DNA of 64,000 nucleotides from Pseudomonadota bacterium. GTDB taxonomy: Bacteria; Bdellovibrionota; FAC87; UBA2466. The notes beneath the pieces are model-generated. The model was given only the letters and a program-made list of their open reading frames with translations, ran no database searches and was not told the DNA's origin. Positions 29,595 to 38,992 of this stretch are shown in pieces. Position numbers and translations under genes: made by a program. The stretch covers positions 15,064 to 79,063 of the forward strand of contig JAYUGC010000053.1 in assembly GCA_043767805.1 (NCBI GenBank). Direction: 5' to 3'. Position 1 is the stretch's first letter; each line of letters starts with the position of its first letter.

Positions 29595-29786
29595 TTATGC
29601 GCCTCCCAAGAGATCGAATGTGAAGATTAGCCTACGCATCTGGGGGTGGGCAAAGTCATCTTTCGAACGGGCGGAATCCTGCCGTAAAAAGCCCAGAAGC
29701 CGGGGTCCGGGAAAACCTGGGCCCCGGCATTCCCCATTCCTCGTCGACACATCACGGCAAACCCGCGAAAACACAGCATCTCAGGC

Positions 29787-29816
29787 TTGACAATAACCTT
29801 AACCGGACGATAAGGT
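29787..29816 (+). promoter_or_regulatory. candidate sigma70-type promoter upstream of nuoA (TTGACA-18 nt-TAAGGT)
   Basis: -35 box TTGACA at 29787-29792, 18-nt spacer, -10-like TAAGGT at 29811-29816, about 50 nt before the nuoA TTG start. Confidence 0.3.
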
Positions 29817-29866
29817 CTCGTCGTTAATTTTTAATTTCAACTACTTAGCCGCGGAGCTGTCACCTG

Positions 29867-30271
29867 TTGGAAACTGGATACATCACGGTCTTCTGGTTCG
29901 TGGTTTTCTCCTGTTTGACCGTTCCTTTGATGTTGGGAATCGGCTGGATCCTACGGCCGAAGCACACGCCCAAGGGTAAAGAAGCGCTTCCCTACGAGTG
30001 CGGCGAAGAGCCGACCGGTCCCGCCTGGGTACAGTTCAACATTCGCTTTTACGTGGTCGCCATCGTCTTCCTCATTTTCGACGTGGAGCTCGTGGCCCTT
30101 TATCCGGCGGCCGTTCTCTATAAGGACGCTATCAATAACGGCACCGGGGCTTTGGTTTTCGCAGAGATTTTCCTGTTCGTGGGGCTCCTCCTTGTGGGCC
30201 TCCTCTATTGTTGGGTTCGTGGAGACTTGGAGTGGGTTAAGGGCATCATCAAGATCGCCCCCCAGAAATAA
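29867..30271 (+). CDS. nuoA: NADH-quinone oxidoreductase subunit A (TTG start)
   Basis: 3 TM helices; ECGEEP and FDVEL motifs. Confidence 0.85.
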   Translation: METGYITVFWFVVFSCLTVPLMLGIGWILRPKHTPKGKEALPYECGEEPTGPAWVQFNIRFYVVAIVFLIFDVELVALYPAAVLYKDAINNGTGALVFAEIFLFVGLLLVGLLYCWVRGDLEWVKGIIKIAPQK

Positions 30272-30274
30272 CCA

Positions 30275-31420
30275 ATGGTACAAAGCGCAGCCTTTGCACA
30301 GTCCCTGCAGACCTGGGTGGGCCTCGGCCCCCTGTGGATGTGGGCCGCCCTTTCGGCCTTACTGATCATCTATCTCTTGGCTCTGCCGTTCGGCGGTTTG
30401 GCCACGTACGTAGAGCGTAAGGTTTCGGCCGACATGCAGGACCGCATCGGTCCGAACCGGGTCGGTCCCCTCGGCATCCTGCAGTTTCTCGCCGACGCCG
30501 TGAAAATGATTTCGAAGCAGGATTTCGTTCCGCCCGACGGCGATCGCTTCCTGTACGGCCTCGCCCCCATTCTGGTGGTCGGCGGCGTTTGCTCGGCCTT
30601 CGCCGTGCTTCCCCTCAGCCAGTACTTGATGGGCGCGGATATCGACATTGGCGTCTTCTACATGTTCGCCTGCAGCACCATCGTGGCGCCCGGCATCTTG
30701 CTCGGCTCCTGGTCGTCTGCGAACAAGTGGTCGCTTCTCGGAGGCCTTCGCGCCGCCGCTCAAATCGTCAGCTACGAAATCCCGGTGGCGCTTGCCATCG
30801 CGCCCATCATCTTGATCTCGGGCTCTCTTCGGGTCGGCAGCATCGTCGAGCAGCAAGGCTGGATTTGGTCGGGCGAAAACCCGTTGAACGCCCACTTCTG
30901 GAACGTGTTTCACAACCCGTTCTGCTTCGTGGCCTTCTTCCTCCTTTTCATCTCAGGCCTCGCCGAAACGAACCGCATTCCCTTCGACTTACCGGAAGCG
31001 GAATCGGAGCTCGTCTCCGGCTTCAACACGGAATTCTCCGGCATGCGCTTCGGCCTCTATGCCTTGGGCGAGTTCTGCGAAGTGTTCGTGATGTGCGCCC
31101 TAGCCGTCGCGCTTTATCTCGGCGGCTGGCATCTGCCCTTCTTAAATCTCGATGCCCTCTGGATCAAGCTCCCCACGGGACTCATCGCGCTCATTCAGTT
31201 CACGGTTTTCATGGCCAAGGTGCTCTTCCTGGTTTTCGTGGTCATGTGGTTGCGCTGGACTTTGCCCCGCCTTCGGGTCGACCAGCTCATGGGTTTCTGC
31301 TGGAAGGGTCTCGTGCCCTTGTCTCTCATCAACCTGCTCGGCACCGCGGTTTGGATGTGGGTGTTTCACAACAAATCGCTTATCCAGCTCGTTCTCGGCG
31401 CTGGCGGCGGGGGACACTGA
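30275..31420 (+). CDS. nuoH: NADH-quinone oxidoreductase subunit H
   Basis: YVERKVSADMQDRIGPNRVGP, GWSSANKWSLLGGLRAAAQ and ETNRIPFDLPEAESELV motifs. Confidence 0.9.
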   Translation: MVQSAAFAQSLQTWVGLGPLWMWAALSALLIIYLLALPFGGLATYVERKVSADMQDRIGPNRVGPLGILQFLADAVKMISKQDFVPPDGDRFLYGLAPILVVGGVCSAFAVLPLSQYLMGADIDIGVFYMFACSTIVAPGILLGSWSSANKWSLLGGLRAAAQIVSYEIPVALAIAPIILISGSLRVGSIVEQQGWIWSGENPLNAHFWNVFHNPFCFVAFFLLFISGLAETNRIPFDLPEAESELVSGFNTEFSGMRFGLYALGEFCEVFVMCALAVALYLGGWHLPFLNLDALWIKLPTGLIALIQFTVFMAKVLFLVFVVMWLRWTLPRLRVDQLMGFCWKGLVPLSLINLLGTAVWMWVFHNKSLIQLVLGAGGGGH

Positions 31421-31423
31421 TTT

Positions 31424-31942
31424 ATGTCGGATTCGGCAAAGCTTATCCTGCTCTTCGGGCAAATTCTGACCGTCGGCTCGGCGATCGTGGTGGCCATCCA
31501 CCCGAATATCCTCTACGCGGCGGTGGCGTTACTCTCGACGTTTCTGGGCGTGGCCATTCTCTTCTTGTTTAGTGGCGCGGACTTCGTGGCGGGCGCTCAA
31601 GTGGTGGTCTATGCGGGCGGTATCACCATCCTCATCCTCTTCGCCATTATGCTCACGCAGTGGCTCTATAAAGTTAAGCTGCGCGATTACGGCGCCAGGC
31701 TTCTGGTCCCAGCCGTAGTGGCTCTCGGCGTCTTTCTCGTCGTCTACCGCTCCACCGCGGAGCTCGGTAACTGGGCGCTAAAAAACGCGCCCACTGAAGC
31801 GGTCGACAAGTTCGCCTTCCTCCCGAAAACGGCCCTCATCGGTCAGGCGTTTCTCGGCCCGTACCTTTTAGCCTTTGAAGCGGTAACCATTCTCTTATTG
31901 GGCGCGCTCGTCGGAGCGGTCTGGCTGGCGAGGCCTAAATGA
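31424..31942 (+). CDS. nuoJ: NADH-quinone oxidoreductase subunit J
   Basis: 172 aa, 5 TM helices, NuoJ-like (VVYAGGITILILF). Confidence 0.8.
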   Translation: MSDSAKLILLFGQILTVGSAIVVAIHPNILYAAVALLSTFLGVAILFLFSGADFVAGAQVVVYAGGITILILFAIMLTQWLYKVKLRDYGARLLVPAVVALGVFLVVYRSTAELGNWALKNAPTEAVDKFAFLPKTALIGQAFLGPYLLAFEAVTILLLGALVGAVWLARPK

Positions 31943-32262
31943 ATCTTTTGAACTGGGCCACGGGCCTGCACGGCTACCTCTGGGTCAGCACGGCGCTCTT
32001 CGCGCTGGGCGTCCTCACCGTTTTGTCCCGCAAGAACGCCATCGGAATCCTGCTCGGCGTCGAATTGATTTTGAACGCGGCGGCCATCAACTTCGTGGCC
32101 TTCAGCCGTTTTCGCACCGGCGCCGTCGACGGACACATGGTGGCTCTTTTCATCATTTTGGTGGCGGCCGCTGAAGCTGCGGTCGCGCTCGCGATTATCT
32201 TGAGGCTCTACCGCCTCCGTCAGACGGTCGATACCGACGAGGCGACCCTCTTAAGGAACTAA
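31939..32262 (+). CDS. nuoK: NADH-quinone oxidoreductase subunit K
   Basis: 107 aa; conserved Glu in GVELILNA and in AAAEAAV. Confidence 0.85.
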   Translation: MNLLNWATGLHGYLWVSTALFALGVLTVLSRKNAIGILLGVELILNAAAINFVAFSRFRTGAVDGHMVALFIILVAAAEAAVALAIILRLYRLRQTVDTDEATLLRN

Positions 32263-32264
32263 CC

Positions 32265-34322
32265 ATGGCGCAAACTTGTCTGCTCATCGTGCTGCTTCCG
32301 CTCACCGCCTTCGTAGTGCAGGTGTTCTTCGGTAAGCGCTTGCCCCGCCAAGGAGACTGGGTCTCCATCCTGGCCATCGCCGGTTCGCTCTTTCTCGCTT
32401 TCCCGATTTTCACGGCTTTCCTCAGCACGGGTAACCTGCACGACACCTTGCAGACCACCTGGATGTCCCTGCCCATTCAGGTCTCCGGACACGGCGGCAT
32501 GTCGTCTTTCGACATCGTCATCGGCACGCTGGTCAATAACCTGACCGCCATCATGCTGTTTATGGTCACGCTCTGCGCGACCCTCATTCATATTTTCGCA
32601 AGCTCCTACATGCACGGCGAGCCCCGCTACCACCTTTTCTTCGCGTACATTTCGCTCTTCTCGGCGGCAATGCTGGGCTTGGTCGTCTCGGACAACCTGC
32701 TCACCTTCTTCATCTGCTGGGAGATCATGGGCCTTTGCTCCTACTCCCTCATCGGCTTCTACTACGAGAAGCCGTCCGCGAACGTGGCGAGCCTCAAAGC
32801 GTTCATGACCACTCGCGTGGGTGATTGCTGCTTCTTCCTCGGTATCTGCGGCTTGTACTTCCTGTTCGGCACTTCGAACTTCGAGCAGATTTATCAAAAC
32901 CTCGCGATGCCCGAGCTCGCGGGACGCACCATCTTAGGGATGCCGGCCTTGGCCTTCATCGGCTTTATGCTGATGATGGGCACCATCGGTAAATCGGCGC
33001 AGTTCCCGCTCCACATCTGGTTGCCGGACGCGATGGAAGGCCCGACACCCGTCTCGGCCCTCATCCACGCGGCCACCATGGTGGCCGCCGGCGTGTTCCT
33101 GCTCATTCGCACCTTCCCGCTGCTTCAAGCCGCGGAAATCGTGCTTCCGGTCATCGCCTACATCGGCGCGTTCACGGCGCTCTTTGCGGCGACGATTGCC
33201 CTGGTGCAGGTCGACATCAAGAAGGTGCTCGCCTACTCGACGATTTCTCAGCTCGGCTTCATGGTGTTCGGTGTCGGCGTCGGCGCTTTCGCGGCGGCTT
33301 TCCTCCACCTTCTCACCCACGCCGTTTTCAAAGCTTGTTTGTTCCTCGGCTCGGGTAGCGTCATCCACTCCGTTCACACGAACGACATGCGCGAAATGGG
33401 CGGCCTGCGCACCAAGATGCCTTGGACGTTCCGCACGATGCTGATTTCCACTTTCGCCATCAGCGGCTTGCCCTTCTTTTCGGGCTTCGTCTCGAAAGAC
33501 CGGATTCTCGCCGGCGCACTTGCTTACGGCATGGAACATCCGCAACACATGCTCGTGCCCATCTTCGGATTCACGGCGGCGGGCCTCACGGCGTTTTACA
33601 TGTTCCGCCTGATCTACCTGACGTTCTTCGGCCACGCGCGGGACGAGCACAAGCACCACCACGCGCACGAGTCGAGCCCGGTCATGACGGTGCCGCTCAT
33701 GATCCTAGCCACCCTCTCGTTTGCGATTTGGTACGCGGGCCCCACGGGCATCGAGTTTATCGATCACATCCTTCCGGTCCGCTGGTACGACATCGGCATC
33801 GCGAACGTCATGGAGTCGATGCACATTCACGCCGCCCACGGCGACGAGCACATCCATCACCTCGCCCACAACCTGGCGCTCATTTTGTCGCTCTCCATCG
33901 CGGGCGCGGGCATCCTGCTCTCGACTTTGATGTACCTGAAAAAGGTAATCTCGCCGGACGCTATCCAAAAGCGTCTTTCGGCCGTGCACAAAGTGCTTTG
34001 GAACAAGTATTACGTCGACGAGCTCTTCATCGGCATCGGGATTAAGAAGGGTCTTTTGACCTTCAACAACCTGCTCGCCCGCTTCGACGACTTGGTCGTG
34101 GACCGGATTTTCGTCGACGGCTGGAAAGATATCGCCATGGCCGTTAAGTCTGCGGTGAACCAGTTCGACAATATCGTCGTCGATAAGGGCCTCGTGGATG
34201 GAACCGCGTACGCGGTTTCCGCCGGCGGTTGGATGATCCGTCAGTTTCAGACCGGTCAGGTGCAGACGTACCTCGTTTGGACCTTGGTCGCTCTTGGCAT
34301 CTATTTGGTACGCGTTTTTTAA
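32265..34322 (+). CDS. nuoL: NADH-quinone oxidoreductase subunit L
   Basis: 685 aa; GKSAQFPLHIWLPDAMEGPTPVSALIHAATMVAAGVFLLIR; C-terminal long-helix region WNKYYVDELF. Confidence 0.9.
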   Translation: MAQTCLLIVLLPLTAFVVQVFFGKRLPRQGDWVSILAIAGSLFLAFPIFTAFLSTGNLHDTLQTTWMSLPIQVSGHGGMSSFDIVIGTLVNNLTAIMLFMVTLCATLIHIFASSYMHGEPRYHLFFAYISLFSAAMLGLVVSDNLLTFFICWEIMGLCSYSLIGFYYEKPSANVASLKAFMTTRVGDCCFFLGICGLYFLFGTSNFEQIYQNLAMPELAGRTILGMPALAFIGFMLMMGTIGKSAQFPLHIWLPDAMEGPTPVSALIHAATMVAAGVFLLIRTFPLLQAAEIVLPVIAYIGAFTALFAATIALVQVDIKKVLAYSTISQLGFMVFGVGVGAFAAAFLHLLTHAVFKACLFLGSGSVIHSVHTNDMREMGGLRTKMPWTFRTMLISTFAISGLPFFSGFVSKDRILAGALAYGMEHPQHMLVPIFGFTAAGLTAFYMFRLIYLTFFGHARDEHKHHHAHESSPVMTVPLMILATLSFAIWYAGPTGIEFIDHILPVRWYDIGIANVMESMHIHAAHGDEHIHHLAHNLALILSLSIAGAGILLSTLMYLKKVISPDAIQKRLSAVHKVLWNKYYVDELFIGIGIKKGLLTFNNLLARFDDLVVDRIFVDGWKDIAMAVKSAVNQFDNIVVDKGLVDGTAYAVSAGGWMIRQFQTGQVQTYLVWTLVALGIYLVRVF

Positions 34323-34339
34323 GGTGATGTGAGGAAACT

Positions 34340-35842
34340 ATGCTTAGTTGGATGACCTTTACCCCCCTTCTGGGGATGGCCGTCGTTCTTGCTCTCCCCA
34401 AGGAGAAGCACAATTTAATCCGCTGGACGGCACTCGTGACGTCCTTGATACCGCTCGGCTTCGCCGCGGTCCTTTTCATGCACTTCGACCGCACGACGGC
34501 GGCGATTCAGTTCGTGGAACGGGTTTCGTGGATTAAACCCTTTAACATCGAATACTACATGGGCGTCGACGGCCTGAGCATTCCGATGATTCTGCTGACC
34601 GCCCTACTCACCGTCATCTGCATCATCGCCTCGTGGACCATCGACTACGCGGTCAAAGGCTACTTCGCCATGTTCCTGATGCTGGAATGCGCCATGCTCG
34701 GCGTGTTCATGGCTTTGGACTTCTTCCTCTTCTTCATCTTCTGGGAAGCGATGCTGCTCCCGATGTACTTCCTAGTCGGTATCTGGGGAGGCCAGAACAA
34801 GGTCTATGCGGCCATCAAGTTCTTCCTCTACACGCTGTTCGGCTCCGTCTTGATGCTGATCGCGATGCTGGGCTTTTATTACTACGGCGGCCAGAGCTTC
34901 GATCTCATCAAACTCGCGGCGACGCATCCGTTCGCGGGTCAGACGATTGCCCTCTTCGGCTGTCAGATGCCTCTCGATAAGTTCTTCTGGGTGATGCTCT
35001 TTATCGGCTTCGCCATCAAGGTTCCCGTGTGGCCTTTCCACACCTGGTTGCCTTGGGCGCACGTCGAAGCCCCGACGGCGGTCTCGGTCATTCTGGCCGG
35101 CGTGCTGCTTAAGATGGGAACGTACGGCATCCTGCGCATGAACTTCCCGATCCTTCCCGAAGCGACCATGTGGGCCTCGAACGCCATGATGATCTTGGGC
35201 GTGATCAACATTCTCTACGGAGCCTTCTGCGCGATGGCGCAGAAGGATCTGAAAAAGCTCGTCGCTTACTCCTCCGTTTCCCACATGGGTTACGTGATGA
35301 TGGGCATGGCGACCTTTACGGTGGCCGGCGTGAACGGCGCCGTTCTCCAGATGTTCAACCACGGTACGTCGACGGCCATGCTCTTCCTCTTGGTCGGCGT
35401 GATCTACGACCGCGCTCATCACCGCTGGATCGTGCGCCCCGACGGCTCGCGCGGCTTCGGCGGTATCGCCGCGGTCGCTCCCGTGTACACGGCGATTTTC
35501 GCGGTGGCGCTGTTTGCGTCCCTCGGTCTTCCGGGCTTGTCCGGGTTCATCAGCGAAGCGCTGATCTTCCTCGGCGCCTTCTCGGTTCCGAAGTACCAGA
35601 CGCTCACCGTATTCGGCGCATTCGGCATCTTACTCGGCGCCGCGTACCTCCTCTGGATGTTCATGCGGGTGTTCTTAGGTCCCTTGAATCCCGAGTACGC
35701 GAACTTGGAAGACATGAACTGGCGTGAGCGAGGCATGCTCATTCCGCTTTGCATTCTCGTCGTGCTTTTCGGCGTCTATCCCATGCCGGTATTGAACTTG
35801 ATGGGAGCGACGGTCGCAAAGCTCCTGACTTACTTTTCGTGA
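34340..35842 (+). CDS. nuoM: NADH-quinone oxidoreductase subunit M
   Basis: FWEAMLLPMYFLVGIWGG, AIKVPVWPFHTWLPWAHVEAPT and GVLLKMGTYG motifs. Confidence 0.9.
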   Translation: MLSWMTFTPLLGMAVVLALPKEKHNLIRWTALVTSLIPLGFAAVLFMHFDRTTAAIQFVERVSWIKPFNIEYYMGVDGLSIPMILLTALLTVICIIASWTIDYAVKGYFAMFLMLECAMLGVFMALDFFLFFIFWEAMLLPMYFLVGIWGGQNKVYAAIKFFLYTLFGSVLMLIAMLGFYYYGGQSFDLIKLAATHPFAGQTIALFGCQMPLDKFFWVMLFIGFAIKVPVWPFHTWLPWAHVEAPTAVSVILAGVLLKMGTYGILRMNFPILPEATMWASNAMMILGVINILYGAFCAMAQKDLKKLVAYSSVSHMGYVMMGMATFTVAGVNGAVLQMFNHGTSTAMLFLLVGVIYDRAHHRWIVRPDGSRGFGGIAAVAPVYTAIFAVALFASLGLPGLSGFISEALIFLGAFSVPKYQTLTVFGAFGILLGAAYLLWMFMRVFLGPLNPEYANLEDMNWRERGMLIPLCILVVLFGVYPMPVLNLMGATVAKLLTYFS

Positions 35843-35850
35843 GATGATGC

Positions 35851-37338
35851 ATGGCTAATCTGCTGTTGAACTTGAAGCTCTTTGGACCCGAAGCGACCCT
35901 GGTGGGTCTCTTGGTCATCCTCTTTCTGGTGGACGGCTTTCTGCCGAAATCCCGGGAGAGCTTCTTGCCGCTCTGCCTGGTCGCCTTGGCTTCGGCCTTC
36001 GCGGCCTACATCACCTGTCAGCTGAACGTCGCCCCGGCGACCTTCTTCACGGGTCTTGTGGCGAACGACGGGTTCTCGGCTTTTTTCCGCTACATCTTCT
36101 TGTTCACGCTCGTTGCGGGACTCTATTTGGCCTATGGCTCCAAAGAAGTGCCCAAAGACGCCCGCATCGAGATGTCGCTGCTCCTCGTTTGCGTGACTTT
36201 CGGCATGAGCCTCATGGCCATTGCCTCGAACCTCTTGATGCTTTGGCTCGGCGTCGAAACGGTGAGTATCGTGTCCTTCGTGCTGGCGGGTTTTCGCCGG
36301 GACAACCTTCGCTCGAACGAAGCGTCCTTCAAGTACTTGGTCTACGGAAGCTTGGCTTCCGGACTCATGCTCTACGGCATGAGCCTCATCTATGGATTCG
36401 CGGGAAGCCTCTACTACGCCGACCTCAGCAAGTACTTCATGCTGCATTCGGGTGAGCTTCCCTACACTTTGGCGCTCTCCCTCCTTTTGGTGTTCGCGGG
36501 TCTCGCGTACAAAGTGTCGGCATTCCCGATGCACTTCTGGACCCCGGACGTTTACGAAGGCGCCCCCACTCCGGTGGCGGCGTTTTTCTCGGTAGGTCCC
36601 AAGGCGGCGGGATTTGCGGCCCTCATGCGCATCTTCCTCGACGTCTTTTCGTTCAAGACGGGGCCGCTTCAGTGGCATTCCGTCGAAGGCATCGCGATTC
36701 CCCACGGCTTGGCCATCATCGCGGCGCTCACCATGATCGTCGGTAACCTTTCCGCGCTCGGACAGACCAACGTGAAACGCATGCTCGCCTACTCGAGCAT
36801 CGCCCACGTCGGTTACATGCTGGCGGGTCTCGTGGCCTTAAATAGCGCGGGCATCACGGCGGTTCTCTTCTACATCGTCGCTTATTGCGGCATGAACCTC
36901 GGCGCTTTCTGGGTAGTGAGCGTCGTCACCGATCGGCGCGGCAACGAAGATCTCGAGGCTTTCCGCGGCATCGGCGCGAAGACGCCGCTGCTCGGCATCT
37001 GCATGGCGGTCTTTCTCTTTTCGCTGACCGGTTTGCCCCTTTTCTCCGGCTTCATTGGAAAGTTCCTGCTTTTTGGCGCCATTTTGCAGACTCCGGGCTT
37101 CCTATGGCTTGCGCTCATCGGCGTCTTGAACAGCGTCGTTTCGCTCTTTTATTACGTCCGGGTGCTGAAATCCATGTGGCTGGATAGTCCCGCGGCCGGA
37201 GACACCGGAGCGGTCGCGCTTCCGCTCTACCATGCGATTCCGCTCCTGGGCCTCGCAATCCCAACCATCATTCTCGGCCTCTTTTTCACGCCCATTTTCG
37301 AGTTCGCGCAGCGCTCGGTCGCCGCCTTCCTCAACTAG
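35851..37338 (+). CDS. nuoN: NADH-quinone oxidoreductase subunit N
   Basis: LWLGVETVS, AYKVSAFPMHFWTPDVYEGAPTP and KRMLAYSSIAHVGYML motifs. Confidence 0.9.
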   Translation: MANLLLNLKLFGPEATLVGLLVILFLVDGFLPKSRESFLPLCLVALASAFAAYITCQLNVAPATFFTGLVANDGFSAFFRYIFLFTLVAGLYLAYGSKEVPKDARIEMSLLLVCVTFGMSLMAIASNLLMLWLGVETVSIVSFVLAGFRRDNLRSNEASFKYLVYGSLASGLMLYGMSLIYGFAGSLYYADLSKYFMLHSGELPYTLALSLLLVFAGLAYKVSAFPMHFWTPDVYEGAPTPVAAFFSVGPKAAGFAALMRIFLDVFSFKTGPLQWHSVEGIAIPHGLAIIAALTMIVGNLSALGQTNVKRMLAYSSIAHVGYMLAGLVALNSAGITAVLFYIVAYCGMNLGAFWVVSVVTDRRGNEDLEAFRGIGAKTPLLGICMAVFLFSLTGLPLFSGFIGKFLLFGAILQTPGFLWLALIGVLNSVVSLFYYVRVLKSMWLDSPAAGDTGAVALPLYHAIPLLGLAIPTIILGLFFTPIFEFAQRSVAAFLN

Positions 37339-37341
37339 CCT

Positions 37342-37367
37342 CTTAAAAGATACGCCGTACCTTTTAG
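37342..37367. repeat. imperfect palindrome CTTAAAAGATACG/CCGTACCTTTTAG 4 nt after the nuoN stop (copy 2 of the recurrent motif)
   Basis: Read directly; shares the CTTAAAAG(G/A)TAC core with 4999-5018 and 60861-60887. Confidence 0.7.
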
Positions 37368-37406
37368 GACGACGGGGAATGGGTCCGACCGTATAATTCG
37401 GGAACT

Positions 37407-38045
37407 TTGAGCTCCTATTTTTCTATCGGACTCTCGGCCTTGTCTATCGCCGGAGGCGCCGTGGTTTTACTCAGTCATGGCGGGCGTATGCTCGCGGGCG
37501 GCTGGGCACTCACCTGCTTCTCGCTCTCGATCCTCGCGCTACTGCAACCCGGGCCGCCTTGGCTCTTGGCTCTCTTAATCGCCGGGCTCGCCGTCAGTCT
37601 CGGCCTGTCGCTTGCGGTGCTCGCTTCGGAATCGCTTCCCGGGTTCTTGGACGGAAACGTTCGCAAAATTCTCGCGGTATTCGCGGTCTGGGCAATCAGC
37701 CTCTTCATCCTTCGCTCGTCCCATGCCTCGCACCTCCATGGCGCGGCCGAGACCTATTGGTCGCTCTATAGTACGGCCGCCCTTTTCGGGCTGGGGTTAC
37801 TCACCCTCATCCTAAAGCGAGACGCCGTGCAAGTATGGAGCGGGGTGGGCCTTTTACTTTTAAGTCCCTTACCCACTTCGCTCGCTTCGGCCGCGGGGCT
37901 GCAATCGGGAGACGGCTGGCTACTATCGCTACTTTGTGGCGCGCTTTGCGCCGTGCACGGCGCATTCGCGATAGTGGTACTCGGACGCGTCAGCCGCCGG
38001 GAAGGCTCTCTCGACGTCAAAACTTGGGAGGAGCTTCAAGGGTGA
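37407..38045 (+). CDS. degenerate NuoJ'/NuoK'-like fused membrane protein (TTG start)
   Basis: The C-terminal half aligns to the adjacent NuoK (STAALFGLGLLTLILKRDAV vs STALFALGVLTVLSRKNAI), but the conserved Glu of GVELILN reads GVGLLLL. The N-terminal half has a weak NuoJ-like pattern (GGAVVLLSHGG vs GSAIVVAIHPN). About 6 TM helices. Confidence 0.55.
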   Translation: MSSYFSIGLSALSIAGGAVVLLSHGGRMLAGGWALTCFSLSILALLQPGPPWLLALLIAGLAVSLGLSLAVLASESLPGFLDGNVRKILAVFAVWAISLFILRSSHASHLHGAAETYWSLYSTAALFGLGLLTLILKRDAVQVWSGVGLLLLSPLPTSLASAAGLQSGDGWLLSLLCGALCAVHGAFAIVVLGRVSRREGSLDVKTWEELQG

Positions 38046-38992
38046 TTGGCTTTCAACACACTTGGTGGCGCATCGCGAGCTTCGACATCCTCTGTAGCTG
38101 GTACGCCGATAAATTTGATCTAGCCGCGCTCTTTGCCGTCTTCGCGCTGACCGTGCTGTGGGCGGCTCGCCAGCCTCGGGCCACGTGGGCCGCGGTAGTG
38201 TGGTTTCTGGCGACGGGCGCGCTTTGCGGCGCGGGAAACGCCTTCACGCTCATCTCCGCCTGGATGCTGGGAACCGTCGCGACCCTCGTCCTCTTTCACG
38301 CAAGCAGCGAGGGAAATCAACGCGGGCTATATACGTTCGCCCTGGCCGGTGCGCTTGCCGACGTTTTGCTTTTCTTGGGCTACCTGCTCTACGGCGGCAC
38401 TTACCGAGACAGCTTTCTTCCTACCGAAGAACAATTTTTAGAAGCGTCCGTGGCTTTGACGACGTTTCCTGCAAAGGCCTTTGCCCTAAGCGCGCTACTC
38501 GCCGTCTTAGCACGCCTCGTTATCGGCGCGGGAAGTCTTTGGCTTCCCGGCGAGCCGCAACTTCAAGCAAGAGAGTTCTTGGCGCAAAGACTCGCCGTAC
38601 TGCTCTTACCCTGCGTGATGCTACTCGATAAGCTCAGCTTTCTTAAAGCGGACGCCTCGGAAGGGGCGGTTCTCACCGTGCTAGTTCTTTCGATCCCCGC
38701 CATCTTGGGCGGTGCTTTTCACGCCATGAACCGGCCTTTCCCTTGGTTTCTCAATCCGGCCAAATGGTTCGACGAGCTCGTGCAAAAACCGTTGCGCTCT
38801 CTCATCGGCTTCTTCGACCGCAGGCTCGAAGCCCGCACCTTCGATGCCATTTTGATTCTGCCCACCCGGCTCGCGCGGGCGGGAGGCGTTTGGATTTCGC
38901 TCGTTCAGTCGGGTTCGCTCGCCTCTTACCTTACGTTTTCCGTACTGGGAATGGCGGCGCTTTTTGCCTGGGCACTGTGGGGAGGCAAATGA
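38042..38992 (+). CDS. degenerate NuoL'-like protein retaining N-terminal TM helices and the C-terminal long-helix region but lacking the antiporter core
   Basis: GTG start overlapping the upstream stop (GTGA). N-terminus has LVLFHASSEGNQRG, compared with LIHIFASSYMHGEPRY in NuoL. C-terminus has WFDELV...FFDRRLEARTFDAILI, compared with YYVDELF...RFDDLVVDRIFVDG in NuoL. Length is 316 aa against 685 aa for NuoL. Confidence 0.55.
   Translation: MIGFQHTWWRIASFDILCSWYADKFDLAALFAVFALTVLWAARQPRATWAAVVWFLATGALCGAGNAFTLISAWMLGTVATLVLFHASSEGNQRGLYTFALAGALADVLLFLGYLLYGGTYRDSFLPTEEQFLEASVALTTFPAKAFALSALLAVLARLVIGAGSLWLPGEPQLQAREFLAQRLAVLLLPCVMLLDKLSFLKADASEGAVLTVLVLSIPAILGGAFHAMNRPFPWFLNPAKWFDELVQKPLRSLIGFFDRRLEARTFDAILILPTRLARAGGVWISLVQSGSLASYLTFSVLGMAALFAWALWGGK

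Noticed and set aside
30589-35727. Several long ORFs antisense to or overlapping nuoH/L/M (e.g. 30589-31572 +, 32259-32897 -, 32934-33668 -, 33422-34045 +, 34772-35422 -, 35170-35727 +)
   Set aside because: They have Arg/His/Asp-rich low-complexity translations and lie wholly inside well-supported nuo genes. They are high-GC antisense artefacts.
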